Assembly: GCA_016302165.1 (NCBI GenBank)
Contig: JAEDOD010000001.1
Location: forward strand, 1,382 to 65,381
Source of the DNA: Sphaerochaetaceae bacterium
GTDB taxonomy: Bacteria > Spirochaetota > Spirochaetia > Sphaerochaetales > Sphaerochaetaceae
Direction: 5' to 3'
DNA: 64,000 nucleotides
In this document: piece after piece, positions 1-10,078 of the stretch
How the letters are laid out: each line of letters begins with the position of its first letter
How positions within the stretch are numbered: position 1 is the first letter of the stretch
Translations under genes and position numbers: made by a program
Notes under the pieces: model-generated
What the model saw: the letters and a program-made list of their open reading frames with translations, nothing else
Databases searched by the model: none
What the model was told of the DNA's origin: nothing

Positions 1-5
1 TACAG

Positions 6-815
6 ATGAATGGAATTGTGAAGTTTATGGAGATGTACGGGATAAACTACATCACTACAGCCATAATAGCCTTTATTGGTGTCCTGACCATTAAAAACAT
101 TCTCAGTCTCATTGAAAAGGGTATTCTGGACAGTCATGTAGACAGGTCCCTGATATCCTTCATTGTGACACTATGCCGCATAGCCCTGTACATTGGACTG
201 CTCTTCATTGTTCTGGGAAGATTGGGTATTCCACTTACAGGAATGGTATCTGCACTGTCTGCCGTCACTCTTGCAATAGGTCTTGCAATTCAGGATATCA
301 TCGGCAGCGTGGCCAACGGCCTTATGCTTGTCACAGGTAAGCTTTTCAAGATCGATGACTATGTAGACATCGGAGGAGTTTCAGGTTCCGTCAAGGAGAT
401 AAAGCTTCTTCATACCATTCTGGTCACTCCAGACAACAAGGTGGTCACCATACCCAATAAGACTGTATTCTCCTCCTCCATTACAAATTATTCTGCAATG
501 GACACAAGAAGAATCGATATGGTCATGGGTATCGACTACGACAGCGATGTGGAGAAGGCAAAGAAGATTATGCTTAGTGTGGCCAACAGCAAGGATACCA
601 TCCTCCAGTCTCCTTCTCCTATGGTAAAGGTCTCCAATCTGGCTGACAGCCAGATCGATATCCTTCTTCGTGTATGGGTAAATAGCAGCGACTACTGGGA
701 TGTGACATGGTACCTCAATGAAGCTGTGCTGAAGGCCCTTAATGAAAACGGTATCAATGTTCCTTTCCCACAGCTTACACTTAGCTACAGAAAGACAGAG
801 GAGGGAAAGAGATGA
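6..815 (+). CDS. MscS-family small-conductance mechanosensitive channel
   Basis: The 269-aa product has N-terminal TM helices followed by the MscS beta-domain pattern (GxVxEIxLxxTxxxTxDNxxVxIPN, here VKEIKLLHTILVTPDNKVVTIPNK). The ATG lies 5 nt from the window edge, so the true start could be upstream. Confidence 0.8.
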   Translation: MNGIVKFMEMYGINYITTAIIAFIGVLTIKNILSLIEKGILDSHVDRSLISFIVTLCRIALYIGLLFIVLGRLGIPLTGMVSALSAVTLAIGLAIQDIIGSVANGLMLVTGKLFKIDDYVDIGGVSGSVKEIKLLHTILVTPDNKVVTIPNKTVFSSSITNYSAMDTRRIDMVMGIDYDSDVEKAKKIMLSVANSKDTILQSPSPMVKVSNLADSQIDILLRVWVNSSDYWDVTWYLNEAVLKALNENGINVPFPQLTLSYRKTEEGKR

Positions 816-1312
816 TAAGCGAACTCTTGACAGGTGATGCCCTGATAGGTGCCTTGGGAGATCTTCTGATATGTGCCATAGTTTTTGTAGTGGTATACCT
901 TCTTTGTCTGATGAACAATCTGAAGAAGGACATAATCAAGAATGCCATTCAGGACACTGAGAAGATGATCCGTGTCACAAGGGCCATGAAAAACAGTGCC
1001 TCCAGGAAGACAATCGAGAGAAAGCAGGCAAGGAAATGCTTCAGAAGGCTTAGACTCCTGGCAAAGAACAATACTTCCATCCTTCGGGTCTACACATATG
1101 AAAAAGGTGCAGACAAAAGGATAGAGAAGGCAATATCCATTCTTGCAGGAATCGAAAGAATCCTCTCCGACATAGCTGTGGCCTATAACAAGGATTCCAT
1201 GGATGCACTCCAGAAAGTGTTGGAGGAAACCTTGAAGAGGGAGGAGAAGATAAATGCTATTCTTTCTGCTGTGCAGAAGGACAGGGAGGAAGCTGCCCTG
1301 ACAAAAATCTAA
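812..1312 (+). CDS. hypothetical membrane-anchored protein
   Basis: The ATGA start overlaps the MscS stop. The product has one N-terminal hydrophobic helix, then a charged helical region, and I recognise no family. A longer antisense ORF (785..1423) competes with it, but this frame has the coupling signal. Confidence 0.45.
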   Translation: MISELLTGDALIGALGDLLICAIVFVVVYLLCLMNNLKKDIIKNAIQDTEKMIRVTRAMKNSASRKTIERKQARKCFRRLRLLAKNNTSILRVYTYEKGADKRIEKAISILAGIERILSDIAVAYNKDSMDALQKVLEETLKREEKINAILSAVQKDREEAALTKI

Positions 1313-1425
1313 ATACATCAATTCTCTATGTAGAAGAATCTTCCAGGTATTGGTAATGAATGCGACAGCGTTTATCCTACTAGGAAGTGCGCCCTTGTTC
1401 ACGAAAGGGATAATAGATATCATTA

Positions 1426-3504
1426 ATGGTTAAAGGAACTTTGATGGAAAACGACAGCAAAGAAAAGAAAGAAGAAATAATCGGAGAAGCCGTAGAGACT
1501 CCAGAGAGAAAGGATACTGGAGAAAATAAGGTGGAACCAAAAGAAGAGCCCAAGAAGGAAAAGGACGTAAAGCCTGAGGAAAAGAAGGATGACAACTCCA
1601 ATAAGTCTAAGGAAAACGTCTACGATAAATATAGATATTGGGGATCTGAGCCTCCTAAGAATGGAGGTCCCTCAGGATCAGGCAAGGGAGGACTGAGAAA
1701 CAAGTTCGCCCTGGTTGCCCTGGTCCTCCTTCTCATATCCTTCTTCCTGGTATTCTTCCAGGATTCCCAGAAGGCCAAGGCCACCAGCATCAGCTACACT
1801 GAGTTCAGGTCAGCTGTGGAGAGAGGAGTGGTATCCAGCGCAGATATCGTTGGCGGAACTGTAATCAACTTCAACACCAACGACGGCGGATACTACACCA
1901 CAAGAATCCCATATTCAGACACTGACCTTGTTCCTCAGCTTCTTGAGTATGGAGTTAAGGTTACAGGTGTTGCAGAGACCACTCCATTCTGGTACATCCT
2001 TCTGGAGCTTCTTCCATGGATCATCTTCATATTCCTTATGGTCTCCATGATGAGAAGTACAGGAGCTATGGGCGGCGGAAAGATGATGGGAAGCCTTGGA
2101 AAATCCCTGGCCAAGGAATATGACGCCAAAAGCAATAAGACCACCTTCAAGGATGTTGCAGGCCAGAAGGAGGCTAAATATGAGCTCCAGGAAATTGTTG
2201 ACTTCCTGAAGTGCCCTGAAAAGTTTACCAAGATCGGTGCAAAGATTCCTAAGGGCTGTCTTCTGGTGGGCCCTCCTGGAACAGGTAAGACCTTGCTCGC
2301 CCGTGCAGTTGCGGGGGAAGCAGGGGTATCCTTCCTCCATACTTCAGGCTCTGACTTCGTGGAGATGTTCGTAGGTATGGGAGCTGCAAGGGTCAGAGAC
2401 CTTTTCGAGCAGGGAAGAAAAAGCGCCCCATGCATCATCTTCATCGATGAGCTTGACGCTGTAGGCCGCAGCAGAGGCTCCGGTCTAGGTGGAGGTCACG
2501 ACGAAAGGGAGCAGACATTGAACCAGATGCTGGTTGAGATGGATGGATTCTCCACAGATCCTGGAGTAATCGTAATCGCTGCAACCAACCGTCCTGACGT
2601 TTTGGATCCAGCTCTTCTGAGACCAGGCAGATTCGACAGACAGGTGACTGTGGCCCTTCCTGATGTCCAGGAAAGGTTGGATATCCTGAAGATACACACA
2701 AGAAAGGTGAAGCTGAGCGAGGATGTGGACCTGGCCAGGATTGCAAGGGCTACTCCAGGAACAAGCGGTGCTGACCTGGCTAACCTTGTAAACGAAGCAG
2801 CTCTCTTTGCAGCCAGAAGCAATGAGACCATCGTGAACATGGGAAACTTCGAAGAGGCTAGAGACAAGATTCTCCTTGGAGTGGCAAAGAAGAGCGTCTT
2901 CATGACAGAGGACGAGAAGAGGGCTACAGCATATCACGAAGCAGGCCACACTCTTCTCCACTACTATCTCAAGCACGTTGATCCTCTCCATAAGGTTACA
3001 ATCATTCCTCATGGCCAGGCCCTCGGCCTTACCATGAGTCTTCCTGAGAAGGATCAGTATACCATCCAGAAGAGCTATCTCCTGGATAGGATCAAGATCT
3101 GCATGGGCGGATATTGCGCTGAGAAGATAGTGTATGGAGAGACCACCACAGGAACCTCCAACGATATCAAGCAGGCCACATCAATGGCCCATAGAATGGT
3201 TACAGAATGGGGAATGTCTGATCTGGGATTTATCAATCTTTCAGATGAAGGTGAGCCTCTCTTCCTTGGGCGGGAGATTACACAGCGTAAGGATTATTCT
3301 GACGAAACAGCAAGAAAAATCGACAGCGAAATGCAGAGGATCCTCACTTCCTGTCTTGATGAGACCATGGATATCCTTACAACCCATAGAGACCAGCTTG
3401 ATAAGCTTACAGAGGCCCTGGTGGAGAGGGAGACTCTGGACGATAGGGAGATCAGGGAGCTTTTCGGCTTCGAGATTGTCCAGCATACCACAGACCTGAG
3501 GTGA
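1426..3504 (+). CDS. ftsH: ATP-dependent zinc metalloprotease FtsH
   Basis: Walker A GPPGTGKT, Walker B IIFIDELD, the SRH region and the zinc motif HEAGH are all present, with two TM segments. A Lys/Glu-rich extension of about 90 aa precedes TM1. An alternative start at ATG 1444 has a better SD. Confidence 0.95.
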   Translation: MVKGTLMENDSKEKKEEIIGEAVETPERKDTGENKVEPKEEPKKEKDVKPEEKKDDNSNKSKENVYDKYRYWGSEPPKNGGPSGSGKGGLRNKFALVALVLLLISFFLVFFQDSQKAKATSISYTEFRSAVERGVVSSADIVGGTVINFNTNDGGYYTTRIPYSDTDLVPQLLEYGVKVTGVAETTPFWYILLELLPWIIFIFLMVSMMRSTGAMGGGKMMGSLGKSLAKEYDAKSNKTTFKDVAGQKEAKYELQEIVDFLKCPEKFTKIGAKIPKGCLLVGPPGTGKTLLARAVAGEAGVSFLHTSGSDFVEMFVGMGAARVRDLFEQGRKSAPCIIFIDELDAVGRSRGSGLGGGHDEREQTLNQMLVEMDGFSTDPGVIVIAATNRPDVLDPALLRPGRFDRQVTVALPDVQERLDILKIHTRKVKLSEDVDLARIARATPGTSGADLANLVNEAALFAARSNETIVNMGNFEEARDKILLGVAKKSVFMTEDEKRATAYHEAGHTLLHYYLKHVDPLHKVTIIPHGQALGLTMSLPEKDQYTIQKSYLLDRIKICMGGYCAEKIVYGETTTGTSNDIKQATSMAHRMVTEWGMSDLGFINLSDEGEPLFLGREITQRKDYSDETARKIDSEMQRILTSCLDETMDILTTHRDQLDKLTEALVERETLDDREIRELFGFEIVQHTTDLR

Positions 3505-3507
3505 CAA

Positions 3508-5322
3508 ATGGCAGTAGACACAAGCCACAAGAGAAACTTCTGCATCATTGCGCATATTGACCACGGCAAGAGCACTCTTGCCGATAGGTTCATCGAAAGG
3601 GCTCGTCTGGTGCAGACAAGAGGCCCTGTAGAGACCCAGATTCTCGATAATATGGATATCGAGAAGGAAAGGGGTATCACCATCAAGAGCCAGGCTGTGA
3701 CTGTGCCATATACTGCAGCTGACGGAGAGGTCTATGAGCTGAATCTGGTTGATACTCCCGGCCATGTTGACTTTACCTATGAGGTGTCAAGGGCAATCTC
3801 CTCCTGTGAGGGAGCTCTTCTCTTAATAGATGCCACCCAGGGTGTTGAGGCCCAGACATTGGCCAATCTCTATCTTGCCATGGAGCACAACCTTGAGATC
3901 ATTCCTGTAATCAACAAGATTGATCTTCCATCTGCAGATATTGATTCCTGTCTCCATCAGATAGACCATGACCTTGGTCTGGATCCTGATATGGCTGTAA
4001 TGGTATCGGCAAAGACCGGTGAAGGTGTAGACAAGCTCTATGAGGCCATTGTCCAGTATATTCCATGTCCAAGTGGAAATGATGAAGATAAGCTTAGAGC
4101 CCTGATTTTCGACTCCCACTACGATCCGTACCGTGGAGTAATAGTCCATGCCCGAATTTTCAGTGGAAAGGTTAAGTGTGGAGATGAAATTCTCTTTATG
4201 CACTCCTCTGCCTCCTACAAGGTTGAGGATCTGGGACTATTCCAGATCAATCTTATCTCCAAGCCTGAGCTGGGTGCAGGAGACGTTGGATATTTCATTG
4301 CAGGAATCAAGAACATTTCAGATATCAGGGTAGGCGATACTGTTACGCTGAAGGCCAATCCTGCTCCTCAGCCCCTTCCAGGTTTCAGGGAAGTGAAGCC
4401 AGTAGTCTTCTCTTCAATATATCCAGTGGATTCCAACGACTACGAGGAACTTCAGGATGCCATTGAGAGACTGAAGCTCAATGATGCCTCCCTTATGTAT
4501 GAAAAAGATTCCTCTGCAGCCCTGGGCTTCGGTTTCAGATGCGGCTTTTTGGGAATGCTCCACCTGGAGGTCATACAGGAGAGGATAGAAAGGGAGTTCG
4601 ACCTGTCCATAGTCTTCACTTCCCCTTCTGTAAGATACACTGTACACATGAAGGATGGAGAGACCATCTATATCGATAATCCTCTTGAATATCCGGACCC
4701 GATGAGGGTGGACTGGGCGGAGGAGCCTTATATCCAGGCCAATATCATTACTCCTACAGAGTATGTGGGACCAATTATCACACTATGCCTTGAGAAGAGA
4801 GGCTCTCAGACCCAGATGAACTATCTTGACACCAAGAGAGTGGAGCTTATCTATGAGATGCCTCTTTCTGAAGTGCTCTTCGATTTCTACGACAGGCTGA
4901 AATCCATCTCCCGGGGATATGCCTCCTTCGACTACAACGTCATCGAAAACAGAAGGACAGACCTGGTAAGAATGGAGATTCTTGTAAATGGAGATCCTGT
5001 GGATGCCCTTTCCTGTCTTGTGTACAGGGGAAATGCCCAGACCAGAGGAAGGCAGATAGTGGAGAGACTCCAGGGAGAGATTCCACGTCAGCAGTTCAAG
5101 ATTGCCATCCAGGCTGCCATCGGAGGACAGATAATCGCCCGTGAGACTGTAAATGCCTACAGAAAGGATGTTACAGCCAAGTGCTACGGTGGAGATATCT
5201 CTAGAAAGAGAAAGCTTCTTGAGAAGCAGAAGGAAGGAAAGAAGAGAATGAAGATGGTCGGAAACGTGGAGATTCCACAGTCTGCATTCCTTGCCGTACT
5301 GAAGACAGAGGAAGATAAGTAA
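3508..5322 (+). CDS. lepA: elongation factor 4 (LepA)
   Basis: GTPase motifs AHIDHGKST, DTPGHVDF and NKID are present, along with the characteristic LepA C-terminal domain. Length is 604 aa. Confidence 0.97.
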   Translation: MAVDTSHKRNFCIIAHIDHGKSTLADRFIERARLVQTRGPVETQILDNMDIEKERGITIKSQAVTVPYTAADGEVYELNLVDTPGHVDFTYEVSRAISSCEGALLLIDATQGVEAQTLANLYLAMEHNLEIIPVINKIDLPSADIDSCLHQIDHDLGLDPDMAVMVSAKTGEGVDKLYEAIVQYIPCPSGNDEDKLRALIFDSHYDPYRGVIVHARIFSGKVKCGDEILFMHSSASYKVEDLGLFQINLISKPELGAGDVGYFIAGIKNISDIRVGDTVTLKANPAPQPLPGFREVKPVVFSSIYPVDSNDYEELQDAIERLKLNDASLMYEKDSSAALGFGFRCGFLGMLHLEVIQERIEREFDLSIVFTSPSVRYTVHMKDGETIYIDNPLEYPDPMRVDWAEEPYIQANIITPTEYVGPIITLCLEKRGSQTQMNYLDTKRVELIYEMPLSEVLFDFYDRLKSISRGYASFDYNVIENRRTDLVRMEILVNGDPVDALSCLVYRGNAQTRGRQIVERLQGEIPRQQFKIAIQAAIGGQIIARETVNAYRKDVTAKCYGGDISRKRKLLEKQKEGKKRMKMVGNVEIPQSAFLAVLKTEEDK

Positions 5323-6272
5323 TGGGACACATTATGGATTTCGGAAAGCTGGACGGCAGGAAGATAGAGCTTGTGGTCCTTAAAAGCGGTTCTTTTGTGG
5401 CCTGTGTATCCACCTATGGCGCAGCCCTGGTGTGGTTCGGAACAAAAGACAGGAACTACGTCACCTACCATTCCTCAGGAGAGAAGTACATTGATGACTC
5501 TACCTATATGGGGAAGGTGGTAGGGCCCTATGCCAATAGAATAGAAGGAGCTTCCTTCTCCATTGGTGAAAAGAGATATGGCCTTGAGAAGAATGATGGG
5601 GATAACAATCTTCATTCCGGGTCTTCCTGCTTCGGCAATAAGCTATGGTCCATTGAAGGCATCAGCGACTCCATGGTCACCTTATCCCTTTCCACAGAAG
5701 AGGAGGGAGGCTTTCCTGGACGTCATGAAACTGAAGTGTCCTACTATCTTACAGCCGAGGGAATGCTTACTATTCTCTATAAGGCCACGTCTACGGAACG
5801 TTGTCCTGTGGCCCTGACGAACCACGCATACTTTGTTCTTGACGATAGGGATTCCAGAAGTCTATCCCTTATGGTGGAAGCTGATAAGTATATCGCTGTA
5901 GATAGCGCCCTTATTCCTCTTCCTGAGAATCCTGTTTCTGTGGAGAACACAGACTTTGATTTCAGGACAAGGACAAAGGTAGGAGAAAGGCGGGACGGCA
6001 AGTACGACAACTCCTGGGTTCTCAAAAAGGGCGCGCTGGTGACAGTGGAGGGAAATCTTGCTTCCCTTTCCGTAAAGACTACGGAGCCTGGAATCCAGAT
6101 CTATACAGGAGAGTTCATGACAGGGGAGGACGCTTTCCCATTCAAGGGCATCGCCCTTGAGACAGGAAGCTTCCCGAATTCTCCAAATCGACCTGATTTT
6201 TGTGGAAAATATACAGATAATGGTGAATACTTTCAGTCGATGACTAGCTATTTTCTAGTTCCCAAGGAGTAA
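5322..6272 (+). CDS. aldose 1-epimerase (galactose mutarotase family)
   Basis: VGPYANRI and NHAYF motifs are present. TAATG overlaps the lepA stop. It is a paralogue of 14043..14966. Confidence 0.85.
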   Translation: MGHIMDFGKLDGRKIELVVLKSGSFVACVSTYGAALVWFGTKDRNYVTYHSSGEKYIDDSTYMGKVVGPYANRIEGASFSIGEKRYGLEKNDGDNNLHSGSSCFGNKLWSIEGISDSMVTLSLSTEEEGGFPGRHETEVSYYLTAEGMLTILYKATSTERCPVALTNHAYFVLDDRDSRSLSLMVEADKYIAVDSALIPLPENPVSVENTDFDFRTRTKVGERRDGKYDNSWVLKKGALVTVEGNLASLSVKTTEPGIQIYTGEFMTGEDAFPFKGIALETGSFPNSPNRPDFCGKYTDNGEYFQSMTSYFLVPKE

Positions 6273-6275
6273 AAG

Positions 6276-6884
6276 ATGCCAAAGATCATAGGAATCACTG
6301 GAGGGTCAGGTTCAGGTAAGAGCACAGTAGTCAAGAGGATCAAGGAAAGGTATCCTAACGCTGTCCTCATCGAGCAGGACAACTACTACAAAAGCGCAGC
6401 CTTTGTGAACAACGACAACATTACAGCCTACAACTTCGATCATCCAGATGCCTTTGATATGGAGCTCATGCTATCCAATCTCAGCTCCCTCAAGGAGGGG
6501 AAAAGCTGCCAGATGCCTCAATATGACTTCGTCCACCATAAGAGAAAGGACGAGACCATTACTGTAGAGCCATCTTCCATCATTATCATCGACGGCCTTA
6601 TGGTCTTCTATGACGAAAGGGTCAGAAGTATTCTTGACCTGAAGCTCTATGTAGACACTCCTGCTGACATCAGATTCATCAGAAGACTTAAGAGGGATGT
6701 AAAGGAAAGGGGCAGGACAGTGGAGTCTGTAATTGAGCAGTATACCAATGTGGTACGTCCTGGCCACTACAACTTCATAGAGCCCAGCAAGGCATATGCA
6801 GACCTGATCATTCCTGAGGGCGGCTATAACGACAACGCCATGGAAGTCCTGTTCTCATTTATCGGATCCATGATCGAGAAATGA
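6276..6884 (+). CDS. udk: uridine kinase
   Basis: P-loop IGITGGSGSGKST and full-length Udk-like sequence. An AAGGAG SD lies 6 nt upstream. Confidence 0.92.
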   Translation: MPKIIGITGGSGSGKSTVVKRIKERYPNAVLIEQDNYYKSAAFVNNDNITAYNFDHPDAFDMELMLSNLSSLKEGKSCQMPQYDFVHHKRKDETITVEPSSIIIIDGLMVFYDERVRSILDLKLYVDTPADIRFIRRLKRDVKERGRTVESVIEQYTNVVRPGHYNFIEPSKAYADLIIPEGGYNDNAMEVLFSFIGSMIEK

Positions 6885-7172
6885 AGAGTCATAGCCCTTT
6901 GGCTTCTTCCTTGCCTTCCATTCGTTCCTGATTCCTTTCCAGGAGAACTCCTCTGGCACCGGGTCATATCCTCCGAAGAAGGAGGGCCTGCATCTGAGTA
7001 TTCTTGCCGCTCCCAGCACAGTGCCCTTCAATACTCCATGACGGCGGACCGCACTAAGGAAGTACTGGGAGCAGGTGGGGGAGTAGCCACAGCAGCTTCC
7101 TCCCTTCAGTGGACTTATGACCAGCCTATAGATGTGGACAGGAAGAAGGAATATTTCCCTCAATATTTTCAT
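6855..7172 (-). CDS. yidD: membrane protein insertion efficiency factor YidD
   Basis: YidD signature ISPLxxxxCxYxPTCSxY...RILRCxP...GxDPVP. Its 3' end overlaps the udk 3' end by 30 nt in convergent orientation. Confidence 0.8.
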   Translation of the reverse strand: MKILREIFLLPVHIYRLVISPLKGGSCCGYSPTCSQYFLSAVRRHGVLKGTVLGAARILRCRPSFFGGYDPVPEEFSWKGIRNEWKARKKPKGYDSSFLDHGSDK

Positions 7173-7283
7173 GCCTCCATTCTATATACCTTCTTCATAT
7201 GGTACAACAGGGGATGTAACTATTGCTTTTCTTGTTCCTTGTCTGCTATATTTACAAAGGTTTGTTGTCGAGAATAGGGTCAG

Positions 7284-7312
7284 TTGACCATGTACCTTGT
7301 TTTTGATACAAT
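7284..7312 (+). promoter_or_regulatory. sigma70-like promoter for rpmF-acpP-rnc
   Basis: TTGACC (7284-7289), a 17-nt spacer, then TACAAT (7307-7312). It sits about 45 nt upstream of the rpmF ATG. Confidence 0.55.
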
Positions 7313-7356
7313 TTCAAACTGTCAGATTACATAACAGGATAATAGAGAGGTTTAAA

Positions 7357-7542
7357 ATGGCAACTCCTAAGTATAAAACATCCAAGTCCAAGGCAGCTAG
7401 CAGAAAGGCTGCAAACATGAAGCTCCAGGCACCAAATCTTGTTGCGTGCCAGACATGTGGAAACCTTATCCCTTCTCATCGCGTATGTCCAAAGTGCGGT
7501 TATTATGCTGGAAAGCCAGTTGTTGTAAAGGACGAGGAGTAA
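7357..7542 (+). CDS. rpmF: 50S ribosomal protein L32
   Basis: [12 protein letters not shown]... with a CxxC...CxxC zinc ribbon. I chose the internal ATG at 7357 (SD GAGAGG upstream) rather than the ORF-track start at 7297. Confidence 0.9.
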   Translation: MATPKYKTSKSKAASRKAANMKLQAPNLVACQTCGNLIPSHRVCPKCGYYAGKPVVVKDEE

Positions 7543-7546
7543 TTCG

Positions 7547-7789
7547 ATGACAGAGAACGAAGTATTTGGAAAGGTCAGGGACCTTGTAGTTGAAAAGCTT
7601 GGCGTAGATCCTGCAAAGGTTACAATGGAAGCCGCTTTCCGCAAGGATCTTGGCGCAGACAGCCTCGACACATACGAGCTGGTCTACGCTCTTGAGGAAG
7701 AGACAGGTGTCACAATCTCTGACGATGAAGCTAACAGCTTCGAGACAGTTGGTGATGCTGTAAAGTATCTTATGAAGGAACTTAACTAA
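7547..7789 (+). CDS. acpP: acyl carrier protein
   Basis: 80 aa with the phosphopantetheine attachment motif LGADSLD. Confidence 0.93.
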   Translation: MTENEVFGKVRDLVVEKLGVDPAKVTMEAAFRKDLGADSLDTYELVYALEEETGVTISDDEANSFETVGDAVKYLMKELN

Positions 7790-7790
7790 A

Positions 7791-8561
7791 TTGTATTCTT
7801 CCCTGATTAAGGCTCCCGTTCTCACTGAAGATAGAGAAAGGGAGCTTATTTCATTTCTTAAGGAAAACAGCCTTAGCTTCAATGATCTCAAGCTATTGAA
7901 TCTTGCCTTTACCCATACTTCCTATGCCAACGAATGCAGGGGAAGCTCAGATAGCTATGAGCGTCTGGAGTTTCTTGGAGATTCCATCCTGGACATGATT
8001 ACAGCTGAGTATCTCTTTGAAAACTACTATAACGAGTACCATGAAGGCGACTTTACCAAGATCAAGGCTGTGGTAGTCAGTGAGGATTCCCTTTCAGAGG
8101 TGGCAAGAAACAGACACTTTGAGAAATATATCCTTATTGGTAAAGGAGAAGCCCTTCAGGGTGGAGCCATGAAGAAGGCCATCCAGGCCGATGTGATGGA
8201 AGCTGTAATCGCTGCTGTCTATCTGGACCAGGGCCTTGAGAAGGCAAGGGAATATGTGCTTTCCTTCATTCCTTTCCAGATTGAGAAGGTCATCAGAAAC
8301 CGTGTTTCCTACAAAGACTACAAGACCAAGCTTCAGGAATACTGGCAGAAGAAGAGGGGCAAGGTCCCTGAATACACTACCATAGGCCATGACGGTCCTG
8401 ACCATGAGCAGGTCTTCCATGTGACAGTGACTCTTGGAGGCAAGGTCTATGGACCAGCTGACGGAAAGAACAAGAAGCATGCAGAGCAGAATGCTGCAAA
8501 GCTTGCCCTGATTCATCTGGGCCTTGAGCCCAACGACGGAAAGAAGAACGATAGGGAATGA
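7791..8561 (+). CDS. rnc: ribonuclease III
   Basis: RNase III signature ERLEFLGDS and a C-terminal dsRBD. The TTG start lies 1 nt after the acpP stop. Confidence 0.92.
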   Translation: MYSSLIKAPVLTEDRERELISFLKENSLSFNDLKLLNLAFTHTSYANECRGSSDSYERLEFLGDSILDMITAEYLFENYYNEYHEGDFTKIKAVVVSEDSLSEVARNRHFEKYILIGKGEALQGGAMKKAIQADVMEAVIAAVYLDQGLEKAREYVLSFIPFQIEKVIRNRVSYKDYKTKLQEYWQKKRGKVPEYTTIGHDGPDHEQVFHVTVTLGGKVYGPADGKNKKHAEQNAAKLALIHLGLEPNDGKKNDRE

Positions 8562-8562
8562 C

Positions 8563-9900
8563 CTATCGTTTTTCAATTTCTCTTGCCTTTTCCAGAAGAA
8601 TCTCCCTTTCATTCTTTCCAGGGTCATCAATTACCATCTCCAGAAGAAGGGAGAGGACCCTTCCCATTTCCGGCCCTTTTTCCACTATGCCCAAGAGGTC
8701 CTTACCGTTTATCTTCAGATCCTTGAGAGTGAGGGCGGCGGAGGAGGAAAGCTCAGCCTTGATTCTCTCCTTCAGTCCATCGTCACTTACTTCCTCTGGA
8801 AGCGCTGTTGTTGCTTTTCTGTCTGCTTCCCTAAGGAGAAAGAGATTGTCCAGGTTTTCCTTTCCCACCCTGACTATCAGCCGCCTGACGCTTCCGTCTG
8901 ACCAGAGGGGAGAGTAGAGGAACATATGTTCCCTGATGAAAAGGCATACCTGGTCCCTTTCCTCATTTGAAGACTTCAGTCTTGTCATGATGGCCCGTGC
9001 CATTTCCTCTCCCACCGTTTCGTGGTGGTAGTAGGTCCATTTGTCTCCATCTCTCTTTTCTGTAGCTGTCTTGCCAATATCGTGGAAAAGGGCTGCAAGC
9101 TTTACTGTTACTGGAGCTCCCAGGTCCCTTGCAGCTTCAAGAGAGAGCACGAGATGCTCATAAAGGTTTTCCTTGTGGTAGCCATGACCTTCTATTCTCC
9201 GTGTCTCCCATAGCTCGGGAAATAGGATCTCCATCAGTCCAGACTTCTCCATAGCCTCCAGACCCATTCTTGGGAAAGGAGAGTCTACAAGACGGAAGAA
9301 CTCCTCCCTTATCCTCTCTCGAGAGATATTCCTTATGTTTTCCTTCAGGGCCTTCATGGCAGAAAGGGTATTTCCTTCAATGGAGAAGCCGAGCTTGGCT
9401 GAGAACCGGGCTGCCCTCATCATCCTCAGTCCGTCTTCCTTGAAACGCTCCATGGGATTGCCGATTGCCCTGATAGTTCCATTTTTCAGGTCACTTAGGC
9501 CATCATGCATATCGATTATCTCACCGTCCTGTACATTTGAAGCCAAAGCGTTGATGGTGAAGTCTCTTCTTTTCAGGTCCTCTTCCAAAGACCTGACAAA
9601 GCATACATTGTCTGGATGACGGGAATCAGAGTAGTCGCCTTCTGTACGGAAGGTGGTTATCTCATAGCTTCCACCCTTAAAGAGTACAGTTACAGTTCCG
9701 TGCTTTATCCCTGTGTCGATGGTGCGGCGGAACATGGACTTCACTTCCATGGGAAGAGCATCAGTTGTGAAGTCGTAGTCGTGGCTTGGTTTTCCCAGTA
9801 CATAGTCCCTCACAGCTCCTCCCACAAGGTATAGGGAGAAGCCGTTTTTCTGGAATATATCAGATAGAGCCTTAAGTTCTGGAGATACTGTCATCTTCAT
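8563..9900 (-). CDS. cca: CCA tRNA nucleotidyltransferase (class II NTase head plus HD domain)
   Basis: LVGGAVRD...DxD NTase head motif and an HD-domain motif FHDIGK. Length is 445 aa. Confidence 0.85.
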   Translation of the reverse strand: MKMTVSPELKALSDIFQKNGFSLYLVGGAVRDYVLGKPSHDYDFTTDALPMEVKSMFRRTIDTGIKHGTVTVLFKGGSYEITTFRTEGDYSDSRHPDNVCFVRSLEEDLKRRDFTINALASNVQDGEIIDMHDGLSDLKNGTIRAIGNPMERFKEDGLRMMRAARFSAKLGFSIEGNTLSAMKALKENIRNISRERIREEFFRLVDSPFPRMGLEAMEKSGLMEILFPELWETRRIEGHGYHKENLYEHLVLSLEAARDLGAPVTVKLAALFHDIGKTATEKRDGDKWTYYHHETVGEEMARAIMTRLKSSNEERDQVCLFIREHMFLYSPLWSDGSVRRLIVRVGKENLDNLFLLREADRKATTALPEEVSDDGLKERIKAELSSSAALTLKDLKINGKDLLGIVEKGPEMGRVLSLLLEMVIDDPGKNEREILLEKAREIEKR

Positions 9901-10006
9901 TCCTCCATTATAGAAGAGAGAAGGAGGAAAGGGAAAGCTTTATAGAAATCGATGGTGCCGATATCTCAGGGTAAGGCATATTCAAATCCATATCCTGAGT
10001 TTTTTG

Positions 10007-10034
10007 TTGACTGGTGGAGGAGTGAGGGTATAAT
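10007..10034 (+). promoter_or_regulatory. sigma70-like promoter of the isomerase-lacI-kinase-mutarotase operon
   Basis: TTGACT (10007-10012), a 16-nt spacer, then TATAAT (10029-10034). Confidence 0.6.
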
Positions 10035-10038
10035 CAAA

Positions 10039-10058
10039 TTATGTGCACGAGCACATAA
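10039..10058. promoter_or_regulatory. candidate LacI-family operator (20-bp palindrome with central CG)
   Basis: TTATGTGCAC|GAGCACATAA matches in 9 of 10 positions per half-site. It starts 5 nt after the -10 box, and a LacI-family gene lies inside the operon. Confidence 0.55.
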
Positions 10059-10078
10059 AAGAAGACACGGAGTTGAAT

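Noticed and set aside
785-1423. 212-aa minus-strand ORF
   Set aside because: It is antisense to the 166-aa plus-strand ORF that is start/stop-coupled to the MscS gene, and its composition is Cys/His-rich and nonsense-like. The plus-strand call is itself only moderately confident.
7297-7356. N-terminal 20-codon extension of rpmF in the ORF track
   Set aside because: The first codons of the extension overlap the predicted -10 box, so most of it corresponds to the 5' leader. L32 homologues begin at MA(T/V)PK.
8524-8917. Two overlapping plus-strand ORFs (125 and 119 aa)
   Set aside because: They are antisense to the CCA-enzyme gene, with low-complexity Ser/Leu/Phe-rich translations.
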